From Vicugna vicugna (lineage: Eukaryota), in contig MU057887.1 of NCBI GenBank assembly GCA_013265495.1, positions 3,259,576 through 3,323,575 on the forward strand: a stretch of DNA of 64,000 bases, read 5' to 3'. The translations under genes were made by a program, and so were the position numbers. Below, in pieces: positions 35,724 to 48,180 of this stretch (positions within the stretch are counted from its first letter, which is position 1; each line of letters starts with the position of its first letter). The notes beneath the pieces were generated by a model. The model had not been told where the DNA came from. It worked only from the letters and a program-made list of their open reading frames with translations, and made no database searches.

Positions 35724-38589
35724 AAGAGCCAGGCTGGGGGTCAGGGCAGAGCTGGGGGTCAGGGGCGCCTTCAGGGCAAGCCAGGTCAGGGCTGGGGGAG
35801 CAAACAGGTGTCCGCTGTCCAGAACTCATGGCCTCCAGGAGGAGCAGGGGCGCAGCGAGACAGCATGAGCAGCAGGGTGGGCACCGAGGCCAGGGCAGGG
35901 GTGCAGAAGGTGGAGGCGATCTTGTCTCAGGGGTCCTAGCGGGGATGCTCCCCCCTCAGAAAGGGGAGGGGGCGGCGCCATCGTCACTGGCTTCAGCTCC
36001 AGCGTGGCTGGAGGGGGAGGTGAAGGTCCCCAGGCATCATACTGGCTGGCACGTGGCAGAGACCAGGCTCCGGGCAGACCCCACCCAGAGGCGCCTCTTC
36101 CCCCGACTGCGCGGTCGGCGTGGACAGGAGACCCCAGGCTGGCCCTGCGCCGTCTGCCACAGGGCTCTGGGACAAGGCCGCCCACTTCCAGCATCGGTCG
36201 CCAGCTCCTTCTCAGCGACTGCGTCCTCGTAATTCAGGTTAGCAGGACGTCCACGTCCCTCCAAACCCAAGTCAATAGCATTTCATTATCGTGCTGGCGG
36301 ACGAAGCACTTTCTTCTTTGTTGCAAGTTTATTTCGGCCTAAATTATTAAGCAGATTGTTTAATAATGTAAGCCTCACATTGCGGATGGGAAAGCAGATG
36401 CCGCGTTTCAAAGCGCATTGTTCCCGGAGAGCAGCGGGCGACCTGGCTGCTTCCCTCTGATCTGACAGCCCGGGTCGTCTGTTCATCGAGACCAACGGGG
36501 TTTTTCTCGGCTAATAAGTGAGGCCGGCCCCGCTCCTGTGCTGAGACGGCCGTCAGCGCCTGGCTCTTCTTGCTAATGCACCCACTTGTCTGTGTCTGAC
36601 CAGGCCCCCCGGGTGGGTGCTCACCACTGGGCTGGTTTTCAGGGAAGAGCAGGTGTTGCCCCGCACACCTGTCCCCAGGTGCACAACGCAGTCTGTGTGC
36701 CCGGCACACGTGTCAATGGCGGCTTCTCATTTCTCAGAATTCATTTCCAGGGCTGATTCGCATTTCAAGGGCCCTCCAAGCACGCACCCTTCTTGCTCTG
36801 ACGGCGGGGCTCGCTCTCCGGCCGGGTGGAGACTCTGAAGGTCACTGAGGAGGGAGCGGGGGTGGGGACTTGCTTTGCAGGGAAGGAAGGCTCCACACTG
36901 AATCCTCCTTAACGAAGCGTAAGTCCCTCCCCGGACCTTGCCCCTAAGGCACGCGCTCTGCAGCCCAGCCCTGCGCCGTGGCCGCCCGGGCGCACTGTCA
37001 GCCCCGGCCCCGTGGTCCCCACCTCACTCAGAGAGGCTCCGGGTTGTGTAGGCTGCTGTTTGCAGACTCTGTAAAGCGCGTCCACCGTGAGACTTTAGAG
37101 CAGGGACACTTTTCGGTTGGGTTTTTCCAGCCACATCTGAAACCCTGAAAGGACCTCGGGGGCCTCAGAGGAGGCAGGAGCTGCAGCCTGGCGATGCCCT
37201 GTGGGGCCCGGCTGGCCTGCGAGGGAGACCACTGGGTTGTCCCCTCCTGGGCCTATGCGGGTAGGGGGGACACAACAATGACAGGGGACCACGGAGAGAG
37301 AGCAGGGCCTTCGGGGACAGGCAGGCACCCGGGTCACCCAGCCCCGAAAGCCCACGTCACAGCCCGGGGAGGGCCGGTGTGCAGGATGTCTCTGGCTCAG
37401 CTCCCCTCGGGCGGAACCTCGAGATGCAGGATGGCCTCCCCACCATCACCGTCTCCGTCCCTCAGGGCCACTGTTTGGATCCTCACGCTCATTGTCTCCC
37501 AGCGATGGGGCCCTGTGAAGCCCCCCAGGCCTGGCAGCACTTGGTTTGCCATGTGTTTCACACCGGGACCACCCAGGCACCCACCGGGACCCAGGACGGG
37601 GAGGGCAGCGGTGAGCCGTCCCCAGTGGCTGCCCTTCTGGCCCCAGGCCGGTGAGTGCTAACACCGAGGTGTGGGCACCCAGGCCCCTGAGCCTAGGCAT
37701 CTCAGGGAGCTGCCGAGGGCGACCTGGAGGAGGCGCCTGGGGGAGCCGGGCGAGGGGGACGCCCTCCTGCAGCAGACCTGCCGGACACATACTTCAGAGG
37801 GAGCACCGTCACTCGCCACGTGGCCAGCGGCTTCCTCTCCCAGCGCCCGGCCCTCCCAGGGGCAGACAGCTGTCCTGGATCCAGAGATAAATGAACGGCG
37901 TTACCCCTGCCTTCACATCGTCTGGTGTCCAAGCAGGGCTGGCATGATCTGAGCCTCAGCCACCAGCATCCTCGTCTGTCTTGGTAACGCATTTTACCAG
38001 CCCAGCTCTCCTGTCCACTCTGATGTCCCCCTGGGACCCCCCAGTCTGGTGGGGCCTGGCTCCAGAGAGCTGGTTGGTTAAGGACTGAGTGAGTCTCTCC
38101 CAGGGGCACTGCGGGACCCAGACCATACCAGCTGCTGGTGACTCACCCACGATGCTGATGGCAGCCGGACATGCGGCAGGAACTGCCCGGCTGTGGGCCC
38201 CCACCTGCTGCAGCCCCTTCTTCACTGTCCCCAGGAAGGGCCAGCCTCTCGGTGGCCCTGCAGGAGGCCCCTACCGTGGCAGGCCACCCTCAGGTGCAGG
38301 GACGGGGCAGAGCAGCCTGGACATCTGCAGGACAGGCAGGGGGTATGAGTGAGGGGTGGACAGTGGCAAGGCAGTGGTCAGCCACCCGCAGGCACTGCTT
38401 TGGGGTGCTGGAGTAGGGGTAGCAGGCAGAGCTGGAGGGAGGCCTGGAGCAGGGCTGGGGGTCACTGTGTGGGCTGGCCGGATGCCAGGGCACAGACCGT
38501 GGACTCAGTGCAGCCACATCTCGTGGGCTCAGTAGCCACACGTGGCCAGCAGCTGCCACATTCGCCAACGTGGCTGTGGTTCACCCGGA

Positions 38590-40100
38590 GAGAACCAACA
38601 CCGTGGATACGCAGATCGCTCTTTTTATGTAGTTCATTTTGTGCATCTTCCCTCGATCTTTCGTCGGTTTCAGCCTCCTGAGCCTGTGCCCACCTGGCTA
38701 GATTCACCCCAAAGTGTCTCTTGTCCCGGCAGCTGGGGTGAAGCGTGCTGCTTTGCAACTCCCATTTTCCACCATCCCTGCGAGAGTGGGGAACTACGAT
38801 GGATTCGTGTCTCCTGGCCGCATGTCCTGAGACTGCTGAAGTCACTCCTTCAGTCATGTCGCCTGAAGACGAAGAAGGTTCTGCTTCAACGCTTCTGAGT
38901 CTCGGAAGGTTTGGTCCATTTCTGTTTAACGTAATTAGTGATATCACTGGGCCGACGTCTGCTGTCTTGTTACTAGTTTTCCACTGGTCTCGTCTGTTGG
39001 TCCCTTCTTCAGTCTTCTCTGGTATTTATTTCCGTTAATCAAGTATTTTTATTATTTCATTTGGTTCCAACCCTAAAGCTTAAAACGTGGATCCTTAACT
39101 TAGCGGCAGCCTGTCTCACAGGAGCACCTTCCCCTCCTGCAGGACGACGCGGGGACCTCACGGTGGGTCAGCTCCGTTTACCTTCCATCTGTGCTTCTAG
39201 CCGCTGTCACCCCGGACTTTACACACCTAGTTTCTGCTATTCTTGTCCCTCCCAACCACAGTACATTCACTGTTCCTTCTTCCCAAAACCCCATCCTCCC
39301 CGTCGGCCACTTTCCTTCACCCGGAGAAGCTACGTTACTTGCTTGTCTTCAGTGCCCAACGGTGAGAGGTGAACTCGTTCAGCCTTCGCTGGTCTGGAAG
39401 CGTCCTTATTTCCCACTCTTTTCTCAGGAATATCTGTTGTTTACAGGACTCAGGCTGGAGTTCTCTTCATGTTCTTCAGCACGTGACAGGTGACTGTGCG
39501 TGACTTTCCAAACTCCGTGCTTTCCCTTGGAAAGCCATCACTACCCTCGTTTTGAAGTTCTCGAATCTGTGGACCGATGTCTTTCATCACGTGGCACATC
39601 CTTCACCAATCTCTCTTCAAACACGGTTTCCACCCCAGCTCCTCTGCTTCGGGGGTTCCAGCCCCACAAACGCTAAGCTGGTTCCGAGCTCACCGTGAAC
39701 GGCGGTCGCCCACTCCTGCGCTTCGCCCCCCTCGAGGTTAAGCGTAGGCATTCCCTGCTGCTCCCCTCACTAGCACTAACTTCTGCGTCCAGTCTGTTTA
39801 AGATGCTGCGCTTTTCAGCCCTGAAGTGTCCACAGGAGGGTTTTTATTAAATTCCAATTCTGTGTTGAAATGATCTATACCTTCCTCCATTTTATGACAC
39901 TTACCTTTATTTTCTTCAACGTATTTATATCCATTATTTCGCAGACCCTCTTTGCCAGCGTCAGCATCTGACCGGTCCTCGGGTCTGCGTCTGGTGTTTG
40001 CTTTTTCTCTTGCCTGTTGCTCATAATCTTCTTCTTCCATTTCCCACCTTGAAAAAACAATTGTATCCAGGGAATTTGTGTAAAGTGGCAACAGAGGTTG
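38590..40100 (-). mobile_element. Degenerate old LINE-1 (ORF2 fragments, inter-ORF region, ORF1)
   Basis: T-rich plus strand with 'gtttggtccatttctgtttaacgtaattagtgatat' (antisense ORF2 start region). Minus-strand peptides QMLTLAKRVCEIMDINTLKKIK and EGIDHFNTELE resemble old L1 ORF1 N-terminus. Confidence 0.6.
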
Positions 40101-43100
40101 AAGTTCCATCCCTCCTCCCGGAGGTGGAGTGCCTGGGCGGGGGCCGGGCTCAGGGGACCCCCCACGTCAGCTACTGAGGACTTGAGTCAGGTCAGGGCTC
40201 GTGCGGCTCCACCTGGACGCGACTCCGAGGTGGGAGGGCCCCTCTGACCTCGCGTCGGGGACACGGCTGGAGGGCAGGACTCCCCAGTACCACGTCACTG
40301 TCTCGGTGGCCAGCTTGGGTTTGCAGCTTACTCATTTGTTCTTGCTGTTTACGCAGGAAAAGGGCCCGCCACTTCGTAAAGTACCCTGCACTGGAGGGAG
40401 CCGTCCTCTGTGGTTTCGTAAAGATTAAATACTGTAATATTTGTAAAAATGCTGAGCAAAATCTTGAGCTGAAACAGGTGTCCCCTCCCTGCTCCCCTCT
40501 CCTTTCTCCCTTTCTTCTTCACTCACCTGATGTTGCTCCTCTCAGTTTTTAAAACCATCTCCGATTCCTGTTTAACCCTCAGTTGCTGGAGAAAAAAAGC
40601 AGAGCAACAGATGCAGGCGAGAGGAGTAAGTGGTTGACTGAAGGGAACGGGGCCAGGATGACGGTCGGCGGAGAAGAGATACGGGATGTTTCAGGGGCAG
40701 AGAGATGTCTTGAGACAGGACTGGAGGGGGGCTGGCGGGCTAGGAGGGCAGGGGACGCCCACGGAGACAGCAGCTGGCGGGGACGGGGACCACAGACGGC
40801 GGAGAAGCGGAGGGAAAGCGCCCAGCGCGATGCCGGCTGAGTGGAGGCCTCGGCGGTCAGTCTGCCGCGTCATCGGACTGGACACTAACTTTGTCGCTTT
40901 CTCCAGCAGCTTTAGCAGATGTGCGAGAACACCAACGTGGAGATGTGGCCAGGCGGACGGTGTCATGACACGCGACCTCCGCAGGGAGGGGAGAGTGAAG
41001 GGTGGGCTGTGGACTCCGGACTCCACCGCGAGTGGGCCGGGACCGGACAGCTGGCCGAGCAGAGCAGAGGCCGTCGGAGGAGGGGTTCCTGGAATGCCGG
41101 GGGAGCCTCTGACGCCAGGAGAGGACTGGTCGTTTAAACCTGAGATGTTTAAAGCTTCTAAGTCTTTACCTTGGGGGTCTGAGGTGTCCGTGACAATTAC
41201 AGCGGATGCACGGTGACCGTGAGGAGGACGGCTACCTCGGGCACGCTGGCTTGGGTCACGTGTGTGACCTCCAGAGGTTCCGGGGGGGCTGCCCTCAGGC
41301 TGGGGAGCCGCTCCGACTCGCCAGCACCAAGACGGGGGTGGGTGCGGCTCGAGTGAGCCCTGGGGCCGCGTGCCTGTGGTGCACACCCTCCTTCCGAAAC
41401 GGGAACGCTCGTGCCTCCCTTTCAAGTGACTCGGAATTAAATGTCAAAAGTCAGTGGGTGGAGACTGGTTCCTGGTCAGACTTCCCGCTTCCGTGTGCCG
41501 TCTCCTGAGCAGAGACAGAAACAGAAGCGCGTGGAGACCTGGCCTTTCGGGAGACGGCGAAGTGGAAGGAGGAAAGCACGTAGTCTGAGGGACAAGCAGG
41601 CGGGCGGCCGGGGGTAGAAGAAGAACCAGCAAAGAATCCTTTTGCAGAATCGCTGCGACGGGTCAGCCCGGGGGGAGCGGCCACTGCAGGGACTCCGAGA
41701 AGGACCCACTGGGCCCGGACTTGACAGCAGCACAGGCGGTCGGTTTTGCCGATGACGTAACCCAGGCGCCATGAGGCTGAGGGCGGAGTTGACGTGATGG
41801 TGCAGGTAGGTGTTTGGTGAGAAGGAAGGGACGGAGCAGCCTCCAAGCCCTTAGCTTGCCCAGTGGATGAGTGAAATTTCAGGAAAAACCACATTTGAGA
41901 AACGTCACCCCTCTTAGGTCTGGTCCGTGACGTGTGCGAAGTGCCGTGTGGGTTCACTGGCTCCTAAAAGGAGGAAAAGGGAATGTGTGTCCAACAGCTA
42001 AATGCAGCACCACCTGGGGCAACACCCACTCTCTGTGGGGAGGTAGGGCTCTTCCCGGGCCCCCCGCATCACTGCGGGAACTCTGGGTGCTGGGCTGGGC
42101 AGTCGGGGAACGGCGCGGTTCTGTGCCCTCCTCTCCCCCATCACGTGCTGAGTCGCTCCCACACCGGCCGCAGCCTCCGGGGCTCGGTGTGAGCTGTGCC
42201 GGGGCCGCGTCCGCAGCGGGAAGGTCCAGCCCACTGCGCTGTGAGTCGCCCAGCCAGGTCTTTGGTCCCCACCAACCGCCAGCGTGTGGGTCTTGCAATT
42301 GGCTTCTCCCCTGTTTACCCTTCTCAGAATGGAAGGCCCTGAAATATTTAAAATCATCGATTCTGCATAACCCCCCAATATTATTAAGTGGGAACCAAAA
42401 GTTATTTCATACGTTCATTTTATCAGTGGCCAAAAGGACTCGAGAGACAGAGAATTCCATACTCGGCATTGGCGGTCGAGCAGATTGCAAACCCTCTCCA
42501 CACTTTCAGCTAAACATCTGCTAAATAACTGAGCACATGGAACAACAGCCAGTTGAAAGCCGCTGTCTCGAGCCGGGGGAGCGGAGATGGCGCCGGCCGA
42601 CACGCGTCCCCACCGGAGCACCACGGGCTGCGTGCGGCCCCTGAAGGAACACGTGGCCGTGGCCCTGAGACTCCAAGGAGCTCGACGAGGCTGGAAATGG
42701 CTCGGGTGGGGGAAAACAAGACAGCTTTCAAAGTCACGACTTAGATTTCCTCAAAGACAAGAACCTGCAGGGTTTCTGGGGCCAAACTGTCGGTTAAAAT
42801 AACAACGCAGGCTCAGATCACAAACCTAAACAGAGAGAGGGTCCCACCCAGGGCCAGCCTTCCTGAGTCGTCTCTGCGTGGGTGCGCGTCACAGGGCACC
42901 TCCAGACCCAAGTGGCCGCCTTCCTCCGCACACCGAGCGCTCCTCCTGGGCCTCCCGCCCTAGTGAGAGGGACCGCCAGCTCCGCCCTCCCCGTGCTGGA
43001 CCCAGGTCCGGCCCCGCCTCACTGCGTGGGGGCAAGGGCTCCAGACTGTGCGTCCGTCACTTTGGCAGTATCTCCACTTGGGGCGCCATATGCGGTTCTC

Positions 43101-44184
43101 CAATTCAACGCACTCGAGTGGAATTTGCCGTGTTCCTTCTCAGATCCTCCCTGATTGACCACCGGCCTCTGTGGAAGCCTGCTGAGTCACCCTCGACCCC
43201 CGCCCCCGGCCTCAGCCCGGACGCGCCAGCACACCAGGAGTGGGTGTCATTTGACAGCTTTGCAACTTGATTATCCAGCCCTGTTCGCATGGTGTTTACT
43301 TGCAGGGCCGGCTGAGGGTCTGGGTCGAGCAGTTTGGTCAAGGAGCTGCTGCGGGACAGACAGGCCCTGGGCTCCACGCCGCCAGCAGAGTCCTCAGCGC
43401 CAGCGGGTGCGACTCAGGTCGGGGCGGCTCCGCGGTGGCCAAGGCCAGCGCCGGTGTCAGGCTCCTCACTCCTCGCTGCTCAGACGTCACAGCCCCCAGG
43501 GTGTCTCCTTCCTCCAGCCTCATGGCCTCCGCCCCTCCGCCCCGAGCGCCCTCAGGTGGCCGCAAACCCGGCGCCGCGGCGTGTCCCTCCAGCTCCTCCC
43601 GGCAGCCTCTGCTTTCTCTCAGCCATGGCTTCTGTTTGGAGGCCATGCGCCCGCCTCATTAGATGTGTTCCTGGGTGTTCAGTATTTTGATAGTGTTTAC
43701 ACAACATCTTTTCAAATCCCACCTCTAATTGTCGGCTTTTATGTAAAAACAAACTTGGTATTTACCTTGTCCCGGCAACCATGATAAATGTAGCTTATTA
43801 ATTCTGATAATTATCCTGCGACCTTTCTGAAGTTCTGCAGAATCCCTGTGCTGTGTTCCAATAACGTTTACTTCTCACATCGCAATCCTGGTATTTCAGT
43901 CTTGCGCCCCGCCTGAGCGCACCGCCCAGACCCCTCCGGTCCGGTGTTCGGAACGGGCGGCGCCGCGCACACCATGCCGCGGGCCCCAGCGCAGCAGAAA
44001 GGCCGCGCCGCCTCGGCGTGAAGGGTGTCGCCTCATCGGGTGCAGGGGGTTCGGTAGTGTCCACTGTGCTGGTAGTTGTGGTCACGAGTGAGTATCGATG
44101 CTTCTCACAGCTCGCCTTTGCACCTGTTAGGCCATCATCCTTCCCTCGCCTGTGCTGGTAATGCGGTGAATTATGTTAATCTTT

Positions 44185-44920
44185 GCTTTTTCCAACTAAG
44201 ACGTATTGACAAACAAAATTACAAACATTTTACATGTTCAGTTTGAGGACGTTTAGCGATTGCACACGCCTGTGTAACCGTCACCCAAAACGGGGTGTCA
44301 GAGCCGCCCCCTCCAGAAAGTCTCCCGGCCCTTCCACGTGTGTTTTTTATTATTCTGTACTTAATTTTTACTGAAGTCTGGTTGCCGGACACCGCTGCGT
44401 CAGCTTCCGGTGGGCGGCACCGCGATTCGGGCAGACGTGTGCGCACACCGCTCCTCTTCAGGTTCTTTTCCGTTGCAGGTTATACAAGGTGCTGGATGCG
44501 GTGCCCTGTGCTGCCCAGCAGGTCCTTGTTGTCTGTCTGTCTTACACACGGTAGCGTGTGTCTGCCAAGCCCAGACTCCCAGTTTATCCCTCCCCTCTCC
44601 CCACCGTGACCCTACGTTTGTTTTCTGCGTCTGTGAGTCGGCTTCTGTTTTGTGAACACGCTCACTCGTCTCATTTTTCCAGACTCCGCGTGTACACCAT
44701 GTCCCGTGACGTTTGCCTTTCTCGTCTGCCCCGTTCCCCTTCCGTCCCGCCCCCACCAATAACCGGCTTCTGCCGCCACAGACCGGTTTGCCTGTGTTTG
44801 GATTTGTACCAGCAGAAACGCACTGTGTGCGTATTGGTCCTCGCTCCGTTGCCAAACAAGTTCTGAGGTCCATCCGTGTGGGCGCACGCCCGGCCGTGGC
44901 CCTCGGTGACCGGCTGCCTC
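44185..44920 (-). mobile_element. Old LINE-1 (L1ME/L1MB-like) 3' end, split by a younger L1 insertion
   Basis: 'acatgttcagtttgaggacgtttagcgattgcacacgcctgtgtaaccgtcaccc...ccctccagaaagtctccc' stops at ~44340 and resumes at ~44730 with 'accacagaccggtttgcctgtgtttggatttgtac'-like sequence. Confidence 0.65.
44345..44727 (-). mobile_element. Cetartiodactyl/camelid L1 3'UTR, GC-shifted, nested
   Basis: Aligns by eye along its length with 57395-57765 ('ccctgtgctgcccagcaggtccttgtt', 'actcccagtttatccc', 'gtttgttttct..gtctgtgagtc'). Confidence 0.85.
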
Positions 44921-45889
44921 GCCCCGAGCACAGGGCTCTCGGGGGCGTCCTTGGGGTCGTGCGCAGCCCTTCACCCCTTTTATTGCCACTTACCTTTCTA
45001 CCCTGTGGCCCCTCCACCCTTTCTCCCTGCTCTCGTCTGCCAGGGCGGTGAGTGGCTTTTTAGGGGAAAAGGAGAATAAAAGAAACAAGTAAATGTGTGC
45101 CATCCACACTCTGTTTAGGGAATAGACTGAAGGAAAAGAAAAGGGGACCACCGGCTGAGATGGAAAAGGGGCTGCCGAGTGGCGTGGCGGCAACGGAAAC
45201 ACCAGAGGGCGGGGTGAAGGGAGGGTGTGCACCTGCGGGGCGCTGCTTTCAAATCTCAGGGGAACGCAGCAGCGGGAACGCTGGGAGGGAGGGGGCAGGT
45301 GAGGCGGGCAGAGATGGGGATTCACGGCCTGATCGTCACCTGCTCTGCGTGCACCTTCTCCAAACCTCAGTTTCCCCACTGAAGACGGAGAGGTGCCTGC
45401 TGTTCGGGGCCGGGGTGCTGGCAACCTGCCCGGCAGCTGAGCCTGAGCCCCTCCCCAGGGGCTCAGGATTACGGGTGCGGGGAGGCCCTGGGGAGGGGAC
45501 AGGACCGGGGCTCGGGACCACGGCTGGGCCGTGGCGCCCCTGCTGCGGGAGGACCCGGCCGGGTCAGCCGAGAGGGGCCCCTCGGGGCGGGGCAGCCGGA
45601 GCCTGGAGCGGCCCAGGTCTCCGTGGGCGGGGGCTGCAAAGGCACCCGGAGGCGCGTCTGGATGGGCAGAGACGCGCCCACACAGGCCTCCCTCCCCTTC
45701 CGCAGAGCACCTGCTCACAGCAGGGGTTCCACGCCTGCTCGAGAACGACTCAAAGCCAAGGCCACCGCCGTCCTTGGAGCAGGAGCCACGCGCAGTCACA
45801 CAGCCTGAAGGAGCCGCGTGCACAACGCCAGAGTCTTATTAGACAACAGCAACTTCTGTTTGTGGACTTGTTACATTGTTCTCTTCCCC

Positions 45890-46135
45890 ACTTTTGTTTT
45901 AACCGAAGCACAGTCGGTTTACAGCGCGGTGCCGGTTTCTGGTGTGCAGCACCACGCTCAGCCACGCATGCCCATACTTATGTTCGTTTCATATCCTTTT
46001 TCACTGTGGGTTCCCTCACAACATTGAATATGGCTCCCTGTGCTGTGCAGCAGAAACTTGCGGTTTATCTATTCTATATACGGTAGTTAGTATCTGCAAA
46101 TCTCGAACTCCCAATTTACCCCTTTCCACCCCCTT
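45890..46135 (-). mobile_element. Camelid-type L1 3'UTR fragment
   Basis: 'gtagttagtatctgcaaatctcgaactcccaatttaccc' is the reverse complement of the block at 32050-32090. Confidence 0.9.
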
Positions 46136-48180
46136 TAAAACGCTAGACTGTATCTGCCATCCCAGAAGGGGGAGGGGAGGCTAGAACGCCGTCGCACGCC
46201 CGGGGGCAGGGTGGCTGCGTGGGGTTCTGTCTGTGACCACAGAGACGGAGGCGCAGGCCGGGGGCTCCACCTAAGGACGACCACAGGGAGGAGCAGCGAG
46301 CAGGACACTTGCTGTCTAGACGAGCAGGGAATTCTAAGTCAGAGGAGGTGTAGTGCATGCGGCCAAAGACTGGAAATCCACGAAACAGCAAGGAGGCAAA
46401 AAAGAAAAAAAAAAAAGAAAAAGCAGAATGAAGCATTTTTTTTAATTTGGAAGCGTTAAATCAGCAAGCAGCGGACGTCCGTGAGGAAGGACAGTGGGCG
46501 CAGGAGCGGGGCCCGGCCGCGCGCGGGGTGCCACGCGCGTCACCCCTGCCCCAGCCGCGTCCTCCCGAGACCCCAAGGCCGCGGGACGCGAGGTGGGGAG
46601 GTTTGGACGAGACCCAGGCTGTGACTCGAGCCCTGCCGCCGCGCAGCTCCCTGGGTGCGGCCGCATGACCCCTCACCTGTCCTCTCCGCCCCGTCACGAG
46701 AGGATCACATTGACCCCGAGGCCGTGGGGAGGCTGGAGGAGCGGAGGCCCCCAGGAGACGCTCCGTGTCCGGCGGCTGCGATCAGATGCCGCCCCGGGTG
46801 TTCTGTCTACTATCGGTGACAAATGTAGTCATGAGATTGAACTTGGGACAGCAATGCGTCTATGAAATATTTAACCATCCGGGACATGAATGAAGCATGT
46901 GGGACCCTCACCCGCCGGTCGCAGGGGCCCAAGGTCACCACATCCTCCAGTTTACGTGAGTGAGTGTCGACGCCCCTCTGGTCTTCAGCCTGGGACCCCG
47001 TGGTCGGCGCGTGTGCCCATTGGACTATTCCAGGAATACATTTGCACATTGATCGGCTCAGTCGTCCCTCAAATTCAAGAATGCGTTTTTGTGATTCTTT
47101 GAGCAGAGCAGGGCAGCTGAGCATCTGACTGGTCTACGTCAGCGTTTGTAGCTGAGGGGACACGAGAGAAGCTCACCCGGAAGACTCAACGTCAAAGCGA
47201 AACCCCCACAGCTGGGACGGGGCCGGGCCCTCGAAGGCCTCCCAAAGCAGCCTGCTGTCCTCGTGTTTTAACACCTGCCGTCTGATTAAGACGTAACCTG
47301 CAGTAGGTGAAGAAGCCGCGCTCCTGGTCGCTGTTGAGGCAGACAGCGCTCCGGGCCCCCGGGGAGAACCTGTCCTGAGCAGTGAGCTGAGGAGGGATCT
47401 TGTTAGGAGCCTGACCAGATGCGACGGCTCCTCCCTCTTGCTCCAAACACGTGGCAATCGTGGAAGACAGGAGCAAGAGCTGAAACCGCAGCTCCGCACT
47501 ACGTCAAGAAAGCAGAGGGCTTGTGTCCCGGGAACACGGGGGGTGGGGGGGGCGGCCAGGTGAGCAGGAGGAGGCCCGGACGACGGGGCCACTGGAGGCA
47601 GGACGGGGACTTGTGGCCGACGGTGACCAAGAGCCCACGGCCGCCGAGGGCTCACCGCCACCTGCCTCCTCCTCCCCGCAGACCCTGAGCCTGGGGCTTC
47701 GCCCAGCACCGCGACGCAGCCAGCCCTCCCCAGCCGGCTGCTCCCACGGTCCCGGCTCCCTCGCACGCTGGCCTCAGGAGCCGAGCACTGGCAGACATCC
47801 CTGTGCCCTGCTCGTGGGACGAGAAATGGGCACCGGTCCTCGGGGGGCAGGGCGACATTGTTGCGTGAGGCTGCGCGTGCACGGCCCACCACCCGGCAAA
47901 TCCACTCTCACACCCACGCTCTAGGGAGGCACCGACGGTGCGAGCCCGGAGGTGGTGCCGCGCGCGGCCCGGACGAGCCCCGCGTTCTCAGCAGCAGCGG
48001 GGTGACTAGGCTGTGCTGTGGTCGCCGTCAGAATTCTGTTCACATGTGAAAGTGAGTACATTTGGTTCGTCCATTGCACTGGGCGTGTCGGGAAGCACGT
48101 AACAAGTCACACCGGAACACGGCGTGAGCCCGTCCACAGAAAGTCAGACACGCGCGGCGCTGGGGGGCACCCGTGCGGGG

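Noticed and set aside
45097..46086. Longest ORF (329 aa, plus strand)
   Set aside because: Low-complexity GC-driven translation whose C-terminus runs through an antisense L1 3'UTR (45890-46135). No recognisable homology.
47192..47500. Minus-strand exon-like peptide (…PPQLTAQDRFSPGARSAVCLNSDQERGFFTYCR)
   Set aside because: It looks protein-like, but I cannot match it to a known protein, the donor (CAG/GTTACG) is weak and no partner exon was found. It would need tBLASTn or RNA-seq.
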